This document shows positions 57,058 to 64,000 of a stretch of DNA of 64,000 nt, piece after piece. The position numbers and the translations under genes were made by a program. The notes beneath the pieces were generated by a model. That model made no database searches and had not been told where the DNA came from. It saw nothing but the letters and a program-made list of their open reading frames with translations. This DNA is from an uncultured SAR86 cluster bacterium. GTDB taxonomy: Bacteria > Pseudomonadota > Gammaproteobacteria > Magnimaribacterales > D2472. The stretch is from assembly GCA_902557575.1 (NCBI GenBank), contig CACEAR010000001.1, positions 331,074 through 395,073 on the forward strand, in the 5' to 3' direction. Numbering within the stretch: the stretch's first letter is position 1; each line of letters opens with the position of its first letter.

Positions 57058-59747
57058 CCACCAGTCTCGATTAATGACTTAGCTTTTTTATACTTCATCT
57101 CTTTTGTTTCTTCACCATTAGTTATTTTTACAAGCTCATTCCTTCCAATCTTTTCTGATGCTATGACTTGTTCAGCTTTATGATGTTTTTCAGGACTTTG
57201 AGCAATCTGAGATGGATCTTCATTCTTTTTCAGCTCCAGATTTTTTTCAGCATTTTTAAGATTATCTTTTTCAATTTTTTCTATTTCTTCTTTAGTAGCA
57301 ATTTGAATATTGAATAAGATTCTTACAGTTTCTGAATTTATTTCATCCAGCATGTTCTCAAACATATTAAAAGCTTCTCTTTTGTATTCATTCTTAGGAT
57401 TTTTTTGAGCATATGCTCTCAGACCTACACTTTGTCGAAGATGATCCATTTCTGCTAAATGTTCTTTCCAGTGGACATCAAGTACTTGCAGCATGATTTG
57501 TTTTTCTAAAAGCTTCCTTTGCTCGCCAATATGTTCAAATTTTGTTTTATACATATCTTTAGCTTCTGAAATAATAATATTTTTAATTTCTTCAACACCT
57601 AAAGACTTATCATTGTCTATGACGGGCTTAAACTCTTTATTGAATTGAAAACTTTCTTTTAGGAATTGATCAAGTTCTGAAGTTTTCCATTGTGATTCAA
57701 CTGATTCAAATGGAATAAAGGAATATATTGAATTTTCAAAGCTTTCCTCAATTAGTCCCTGAATTGTTTCTTCAATATCATCCTCTTCAAGCAGATCATT
57801 TCTAAGAGCATAAATTGCGGTCCTTTGATCATTTGCAACATCGTCATATTCAAGCAAGTTTTTTCGAATATCAAAATTGCGGTTTTCTATGCGCTTTTGT
57901 GCATTCTCAATTCCGCGCGAAAGCATTTTGTGCTCAATATGGTCATCTCCCATTCCTATTCTCTCAAATAATGCTCTCCTACTATCTGTAATGAAAAGCC
58001 TTAATAGATCATCCTCTAAAGATAGGAAAAACTGAGAGCTCCCTGGATCTCCTTGTCTTCCAGAACGTCCGCGAAGCTGATTATCTATTCTCCTTGACTC
58101 ATGCCTTTCAGTACCCAATATACATAGACCGCCTGCATCTAAGACTGTCTGATGGTTAGATTCCCATTCTTTGTTATCCTCTTTTTTACCTCCAAGGACA
58201 ATATCTGTTCCACGACCTGCCATATTGGTAGCGATCGTAACAACTCCTGGCTTACCTGCATTTGCAATTACTTCTGCTTCTCTTTCGTGCTGTTTGGCAT
58301 TCAAAACCTGATGAGGAATATTTTTCTTCTTAAGAAGATTTGAAACTTCTTCAGAGGACTCAACTGAAACTGTTCCAACTAGAACCGGAACATGACTTTC
58401 TCTCAGCTCCTCAATCTTTTTTATGAGAGCTTTATACTTGGCAGTTTTAGAAAGGAAAACAAGATCATCCTGATCATCTCTGATCATTTTTTTATTTGTT
58501 GGTATTACAACAACATTAAGACCATAGATCTGATTGAATTCTAATGCCTCAGTATCAGCAGTACCGGTCATTCCAGATAAGGTATCAAAAAGCCTAAAGA
58601 AGTTCTGGAAAGTAGTAGATGCAAGAGTTTGTGATTCTCTCTGAATAGTTACATTTTCCTTACATTCAAGTGCTTGATGAACACCCTCAGATATTCTCCT
58701 GCCTGGCATACTTCTTCCCGTATGCTCATCAATCAAGACTACTTCACCATTTCTTACAAGATAGTGAACATCTCTGTTATATAAAAAATTCGCTCTTAAT
58801 GTAGCTTGAACAAATCTCATTATCTTTATATTTGATACAGAATAGAGATTTCCAGAACTAGATAATATATCCATATCCTCTAAGAGAGACTCAACTAACA
58901 TATAACCTTCATCAGTGAGGTCGATATTTCTATTTTTTTCATCAATTATGTAATGGCCAATTTCGCTCTCCTCTAATGGCTCTTCTTCAGTCTCTTCTCT
59001 TAACTGCCTTTTTAGTTTGGGAACAATTGACTTAATATGTGAATAAATCTCTGAGCTTTCATTGCTCGGACCAGAAATAATAAGAGGCGTTCTTGCCTCA
59101 TCAATCAAAATTGAATCAACTTCATCGACAATTGCAAAATCAAGTGAGCACTGAACTCTATCCTCTGCTCTGAGAGCCATATTATCTCTTAAATAATCAA
59201 ACCCAAGCTCATTATTTGTGGCATATATGACATCGCAGTCATAGGCTGCTGCTTTCTCACTTAACTCTTGACCAGAATAAATAACACCTACAGAGAGACC
59301 TAAGAACTCATAAATAGGACGCATCCATTCTGCATCCCTTTTTGCAAGATAGTCATTTACAGTAACTAAGATAACCTTATTACCCATTGCAGAATTAAGG
59401 AAAGTTGGGAGTGTAGCGACAAGTGTCTTTCCCTCACCAGTTTTCATCTCAGCTATATTTCCCTCTGCAAGAGCAATTCCACCAAGCATTTGTGCATCAA
59501 AATGCCTGAGACCAATAGTTCTTTTGCCAGCTTCTCTCACAGCAGCGAATGCTTCAGGAAGTATCGAGTATAAGTCATTATTTTGGGAGAACTTTTTAGA
59601 TAAATCTGATTTTAATGCACTATAGAAGCTATCTTCTTTAGAGCTATAATCTTCATCTAAGCTGTTGATAGCATCAACAAACTTTTGCATTCTTTTCAGA
59701 TTTCTATCGTTACTCGTTCCAAAGATTTTGCCAATAAAACCGAACAT
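57042..59747 (-). CDS. secA: Preprotein translocase ATPase SecA
   Basis: MKTGEGKT, DEVDSILIDEARTPL, TNMAGRGTDI, QLRGRSGRQGD. C-terminal tail lacks Cys. Confidence 0.99.
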   Translation of the reverse strand: MFGFIGKIFGTSNDRNLKRMQKFVDAINSLDEDYSSKEDSFYSALKSDLSKKFSQNNDLYSILPEAFAAVREAGKRTIGLRHFDAQMLGGIALAEGNIAEMKTGEGKTLVATLPTFLNSAMGNKVILVTVNDYLAKRDAEWMRPIYEFLGLSVGVIYSGQELSEKAAAYDCDVIYATNNELGFDYLRDNMALRAEDRVQCSLDFAIVDEVDSILIDEARTPLIISGPSNESSEIYSHIKSIVPKLKRQLREETEEEPLEESEIGHYIIDEKNRNIDLTDEGYMLVESLLEDMDILSSSGNLYSVSNIKIMRFVQATLRANFLYNRDVHYLVRNGEVVLIDEHTGRSMPGRRISEGVHQALECKENVTIQRESQTLASTTFQNFFRLFDTLSGMTGTADTEALEFNQIYGLNVVVIPTNKKMIRDDQDDLVFLSKTAKYKALIKKIEELRESHVPVLVGTVSVESSEEVSNLLKKKNIPHQVLNAKQHEREAEVIANAGKPGVVTIATNMAGRGTDIVLGGKKEDNKEWESNHQTVLDAGGLCILGTERHESRRIDNQLRGRSGRQGDPGSSQFFLSLEDDLLRLFITDSRRALFERIGMGDDHIEHKMLSRGIENAQKRIENRNFDIRKNLLEYDDVANDQRTAIYALRNDLLEEDDIEETIQGLIEESFENSIYSFIPFESVESQWKTSELDQFLKESFQFNKEFKPVIDNDKSLGVEEIKNIIISEAKDMYKTKFEHIGEQRKLLEKQIMLQVLDVHWKEHLAEMDHLRQSVGLRAYAQKNPKNEYKREAFNMFENMLDEINSETVRILFNIQIATKEEIEKIEKDNLKNAEKNLELKKNEDPSQIAQSPEKHHKAEQVIASEKIGRNELVKITNGEETKEMKYKKAKSLIETGGWRII

Positions 59748-59756
59748 TTTTTTATT

Positions 59757-60671
59757 CTAAAGACCTTCGAAAGGTGGCCTTACATATGAAATTGGAGCCT
59801 CATCAATATTATCAAACTCAATTATCTCAAAAGCATCATCTGTTTCGCTGATCTTTCTCAGCAAACTATTATTTAATGCATGACCTGACTTATATCCAAC
59901 ATACTGACCAATAAGGTTGTGACCCAGCAGATAAAGATCTCCAATTGCATCAAGAATCTTGTGCTTCACAAACTCGTCATCAAAGCGAAGACCCTCTTCA
60001 TTGATAATCTCTTCCTCTCCAATATTAATTGCATTTGCAACACTAGCGCCTAAAGCTAGATTATTTTTTTGTAACATCTCAACATCTTTATTAAAACCAA
60101 AAGTTCTTGCTCTACAAACCTCTCTTACAAAAGAGGTCGATGAAAAATCGATTGTTGATTCAGCAGGGAATCTTCTTTGTACTGGATGATTGAAATCAAT
60201 TGAAAATGAAACCTTAAAGCCATCAAATGGTTTTATAAATGCATATGCATCGTCTCGCTCAACTCTAACTTCTTTTAAAACTTTTATAAATTTCTTTTTT
60301 TCATCTTGGTCAGCAATTCCTGCAGCTTGAAGAAGAAAAACAAAAGGTCCTGCGCTTCCATCCATGATAGGCATTTCAGGGCCATCAACCTCAATAAGAC
60401 AATTATCTATGCCAAGTCCCGCAATTGCTGATAAGAGGTGCTCTATTGTCGATATTTTATGTTCGCCTGACCCTAGCGTAGTAGATAATGTTGTGAAACC
60501 AACTTCTCTAGCAGTAGCATGAATTTCAAGATGTGGTTCTAGATCAGTCCTTACGAACCTAATTCCAGTATTTACATCAGCTGGATGGAGTTCAATATTA
60601 ACTTGTTTACCAGAATGAAGTCCTATCCCTGAAGCCTTTATGGAATTTCTAAGTGTCCTTTGTTTAAGCAT
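59757..60671 (-). CDS. lpxC: UDP-3-O-acyl-GlcNAc deacetylase
   Basis: [40 protein letters not shown]. Confidence 0.98.
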   Translation of the reverse strand: MLKQRTLRNSIKASGIGLHSGKQVNIELHPADVNTGIRFVRTDLEPHLEIHATAREVGFTTLSTTLGSGEHKISTIEHLLSAIAGLGIDNCLIEVDGPEMPIMDGSAGPFVFLLQAAGIADQDEKKKFIKVLKEVRVERDDAYAFIKPFDGFKVSFSIDFNHPVQRRFPAESTIDFSSTSFVREVCRARTFGFNKDVEMLQKNNLALGASVANAINIGEEEIINEEGLRFDDEFVKHKILDAIGDLYLLGHNLIGQYVGYKSGHALNNSLLRKISETDDAFEIIEFDNIDEAPISYVRPPFEGL

Positions 60672-60699
60672 TGATCAAGTCTAATCTAATATATATTTT

Positions 60700-61413
60700 C
60701 TAGCCATTAATTTTTTTTATTTCACTTAAGGCTATTCCTGCTGCAACAGCAACATTTAAGCTGTTTATTTTATCATTTCTAACTAAATTTACTTTATGAT
60801 CACAATTTGAGAGCGTTTTTTCTCTTATGCCTTTTTCTTCAGATCCCAATACAAGCGCTGTTCCAGATAAACTAAGCTGATCAATTGTTTGATCAGAATG
60901 TTCACTTAAACCAATTACTTCAATTCCGAAGTCTTGAAGCGCCTTAACACAGTTTATAAGGTTAGAAACCATATAAATCTTTAGTAAATCTGAGCCACCG
61001 CTAGATGTTCTATGAACAACTTCTGTTAAGGGAGAACAATGATTTTTGTTAATAATTATTCCATCTACTCCATAAATTGCAGAAGATCTCATAATTGCAC
61101 CCATATTTCTTGGATCAATTACATTATCTAATACCACAAATACTGGGACGCCATTAGAAAGGTTTGCTAAATAATTTTTTAGATCTTTTAGATCACCGAT
61201 ATCCATTGAAGATACAATCGCTTGTGGATTTTTTTTAATTTTCTTTGATCTTTCTACTGCAACATCATTATCAGAGCAAGCTTGAAGTAAATTAAGCATT
61301 CTTGCATCTTCTCTTACCTCAGGGACAATAACTTTTTTAACAACTTCTGGCTTATTTTTCAGAAGAATTTCGATTGAATGAAAGCCTTCTCTTATTTTGC
61401 TGTCAGTTTTCAT
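60700..61413 (-). CDS. rlmB: 23S rRNA Gm2251 methyltransferase (SpoU family)
   Basis: LDNVIDPRNMGAIMRS, LGSEEKG, SLNVAVAAG; follows rnr. Confidence 0.9.
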   Translation of the reverse strand: MKTDSKIREGFHSIEILLKNKPEVVKKVIVPEVREDARMLNLLQACSDNDVAVERSKKIKKNPQAIVSSMDIGDLKDLKNYLANLSNGVPVFVVLDNVIDPRNMGAIMRSSAIYGVDGIIINKNHCSPLTEVVHRTSSGGSDLLKIYMVSNLINCVKALQDFGIEVIGLSEHSDQTIDQLSLSGTALVLGSEEKGIREKTLSNCDHKVNLVRNDKINSLNVAVAAGIALSEIKKING

Positions 61414-62882
61414 TATTTATTTTTAGATAATATTATTTTTCTTTCTTCTGGAAGAACTGCATCAACCCTTACATTGAATTGATCTCCTATCTTGAATGTT
61501 TTACCAGATCTTTTACCTTTCAGTATATTATTTCTCTCACTATATACATAATGATCATCTTTAAGGTCTGATACGTGCATTAATCCTGAGACAAAGAAAC
61601 CTTCTAATTCACAAAACACCCCAAAATGAGTTACACCAACTACTCTTGCTGGCATAGTATTTCCAACTTTATCTTTTAAGAAAAAACAAATTAATTGCTG
61701 AGTTACTTGCCTAGATGATTTTTCAGCTCTTTTTTCTAAATCAGATAAGTTTCCGCATTCCTCCTCAAAAGCTTCTTCATCAAAATGTACTTTTTCTTTC
61801 TTTAAAATTGATTTTATGAGCCTGTGAATTATTAGATCTGGATATCTTCTTATCGGGGATGTGAAATGAGAATATTCCTCAAGCTGAAGGCCAAAGTGAC
61901 TAGATTTTTTTGAAGAATAAATCGCTCTTGGAAGACCCTGCAAAATAAGACTTTGAAGAGAAGTTGCATTTTCACTTCTTTTTGCAATCTCAATACATCG
62001 TTGTAGCAAAATTATTGGGTCATCAGATCTCTTTAATCCAAAGCTTTGAAATTTTTCAAATAGTGCCAATAACTTATCTGCATCTGGCTTATCATGAAAT
62101 CTATTTATTGATATCTCTGACGAACTTTTTACGAACATGATCGCGCATATATTTGCGGCTATCATGGCTTCTTCAATCATCTGATGGGCAAACATTCTCC
62201 TTGAAAGGTTTATTGCTTCAACTTCTCCTATATTATTTATTTTCAATATTGGATCATTTGATTCAATTTCTAAAGCATTCCTTTTAGCGCGTTTATCAAG
62301 GAGGGTGATTGTTAACTCTTTAAGAGCATTGATAGACTCATTAACACTTGTTGAACCAATCTTTTTCTTTCTTAGAATAGCTTCTTCAACCTCTGAATAT
62401 GTCAGCCTGTATTTTGATTCAATCTTAGCTTCATAAAAATCATAATCTTTAATCTCACCATCAGTATCAAAAGTAATATCTGAAACAACAACATTTCTGA
62501 TTTTATTTGGTACAAGAGAACATAAATCATTACTTATTTCTTCCGGCAACATGGGTATAACAGTATTTGGAAAATAAATAGAAGTTCCTCTTTCTTTTGC
62601 TGCCTTGTCTATTTCACTCCCAGGCCTAACAAGGCTACTAACATCAGCTATTGCAACTGATAATTTGTATCCTGTTTTAAACTTTTTGCAGAGGACTGCA
62701 TCATCAAAATCTTTTGCATCCTTTCCATCAATAGTTACAAAATCTGCCTCTGACAAATCTTTTCTATCCATATTTTTTTCAAGCTGTAATCCAATCACCT
62801 CATTTTTAACTGATTTAGACCAAGTATGAGGAATTTGATTTTCTTCTAAGATTTGATCAATAGAGTATTCTAGGAAATTCAC
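61413..62882 (-). CDS. rnr: Ribonuclease R, N-terminally reduced (RNB + S1 only)
   Basis: VTIDGKDAKDFDDA, PMLP..SNDLCSL, HFTSPIRRYPDL, C-terminal S1 domain; rnr-rlmB synteny. Confidence 0.85.
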   Translation of the reverse strand: MNFLEYSIDQILEENQIPHTWSKSVKNEVIGLQLEKNMDRKDLSEADFVTIDGKDAKDFDDAVLCKKFKTGYKLSVAIADVSSLVRPGSEIDKAAKERGTSIYFPNTVIPMLPEEISNDLCSLVPNKIRNVVVSDITFDTDGEIKDYDFYEAKIESKYRLTYSEVEEAILRKKKIGSTSVNESINALKELTITLLDKRAKRNALEIESNDPILKINNIGEVEAINLSRRMFAHQMIEEAMIAANICAIMFVKSSSEISINRFHDKPDADKLLALFEKFQSFGLKRSDDPIILLQRCIEIAKRSENATSLQSLILQGLPRAIYSSKKSSHFGLQLEEYSHFTSPIRRYPDLIIHRLIKSILKKEKVHFDEEAFEEECGNLSDLEKRAEKSSRQVTQQLICFFLKDKVGNTMPARVVGVTHFGVFCELEGFFVSGLMHVSDLKDDHYVYSERNNILKGKRSGKTFKIGDQFNVRVDAVLPEERKIILSKNK

Positions 62883-62906
62883 TAATTTGCTCTTACTATA
62901 TTGAGG

Positions 62907-64000
62907 TTAAAAATTATATTCCAGATTTAGATTAACAAGTCTTCCACGAGGATCATGAACTCTTGTATCAAAGCTGAAATCGGGAGCATCATACAATCTA
63001 GGAGCAGATTCATCCAGCGCATTGATTATAGCAATACCAAAATTGATATTACCCTCATTAAGATCTATTGATTTTCTGACTGAGATATCAAACACCAAAA
63101 AGGAATCAACTTTATTCTTGTATCCTAGACTTTCTCCAAGACCATTAATAGGTCGCTGGTTGGTATATCCATCTACATATCTTGTGATTAAGCTCAAAAG
63201 GTAACCATTGTGCTCCCAGTCCATAAAAGCATTCAGACGTTTTTTTGGAAGAGAGTGGGTATGGGAATCATAATTAAATTTACCAACCCTGTTAATCATC
63301 TTTGATAAGCCATCTGCAGTAATTTGCGGCGTCAAGAATTCATCAAATATAGTTCCTTTAACTCTGAGACTTATCGGCGAGTAATTATTTAACTCAAATA
63401 TATAGTCAAATTGAAAGTCTGTACCACTAATCTTTGTATTCTCCTCATTGAAATAAGTCGTCGTCACACCAATGAGATCACCAAATTCATTTCTTGTGAT
63501 ACTTGGGCCAAAGGGATCTTGAGTTAACAGAGCTTGAGCACTTTCAACTTCAATACGATCATCGTAATCAACTTCCCAGTAATCAATTGAAAACTTATAA
63601 CTATCTTTTTGGAAAATTAATCCAAAATTTTGATTAGATGATGTTGAGGGTTTTAAGTCAGGATTGCCGATCGAAGCTTGCCTTACAAATACTGAGTCAT
63701 CGATATCTCTTACGCTTCCAAGATTAATTTGGCTAGAAAACATTTGAGCCATAGATGGAGCTGAAAATGCACTTCCCCTTGAAAATCTTAACGTCAAAGA
63801 CTCATTAAATTGGTATTTCATTGATAATTTTGGATCGAATGATGATTCATTTTTCATCTCTTCGTAACGTCCTGCAATTCTGATATCAAGTGCTTCAAGA
63901 AATCTCCGCTCAGCTTCAACAAAAAGGGCCTTACCATTTCTACTTTTTGATACATTTTTGCCTCCGCCAAGAAAGAAGAGGTCAGCTGTTTTGATGAGCT
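62907..64000 (-). CDS. TonB-dependent receptor, C-terminal part (5' end outside window)
   Basis: Frame is open to the window end; beta-barrel pattern, GNPDLKP, DPRGR, terminal aromatic residue in YNF. Confidence 0.92.
   Translation of the reverse strand, partial: LIKTADLFFLGGGKNVSKSRNGKALFVEAERRFLEALDIRIAGRYEEMKNESSFDPKLSMKYQFNESLTLRFSRGSAFSAPSMAQMFSSQINLGSVRDIDDSVFVRQASIGNPDLKPSTSSNQNFGLIFQKDSYKFSIDYWEVDYDDRIEVESAQALLTQDPFGPSITRNEFGDLIGVTTTYFNEENTKISGTDFQFDYIFELNNYSPISLRVKGTIFDEFLTPQITADGLSKMINRVGKFNYDSHTHSLPKKRLNAFMDWEHNGYLLSLITRYVDGYTNQRPINGLGESLGYKNKVDSFLVFDISVRKSIDLNEGNINFGIAIINALDESAPRLYDAPDFSFDTRVHDPRGRLVNLNLEYNF

Overview
AT-rich, extremely gene-dense chromosomal segment from a streamlined marine gammaproteobacterium. 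The 16S sequence and gene content resemble the SAR86 clade (my recognition, not a database result). The content is almost all core housekeeping: dnaG(3')-rpoD-tRNA-Ile2, coaD/mutM/tolC/parEC, PPi-type PFK, mpl, rsfS-rlmH-mrdA-rodA-mltB-dac-dat, leuS-lptE-holA, aroQ-accBC, ilvD-hemB-trxA-rho, hemCD, a TetR-controlled RND pump, bamD/rluD, ilvIHC, one complete 16S-23S-5S rRNA operon with a tRNA-less spacer, coaE-yacG, secA, lpxC, rlmB, a shortened RNase R and the 3' end of a TonB-dependent receptor. I see no mobile element, prophage, CRISPR array or defence system, and no clearly new multi-gene system. The most interesting signals are at protein-architecture level: a secreted Met/His-rich protein with a possible N-terminal Cu/Ni site, a Cys-free SecA tail plus other zinc-free enzyme variants, MltB with an internal LysM insertion, stand-alone or truncated domains (nDsbD, RNase R, IlvH, ThiE-like), a G7-tract frameshift, two small genes absent from the ORF track, a clean TetR double operator, and convergent gene pairs that all overlap or abut.
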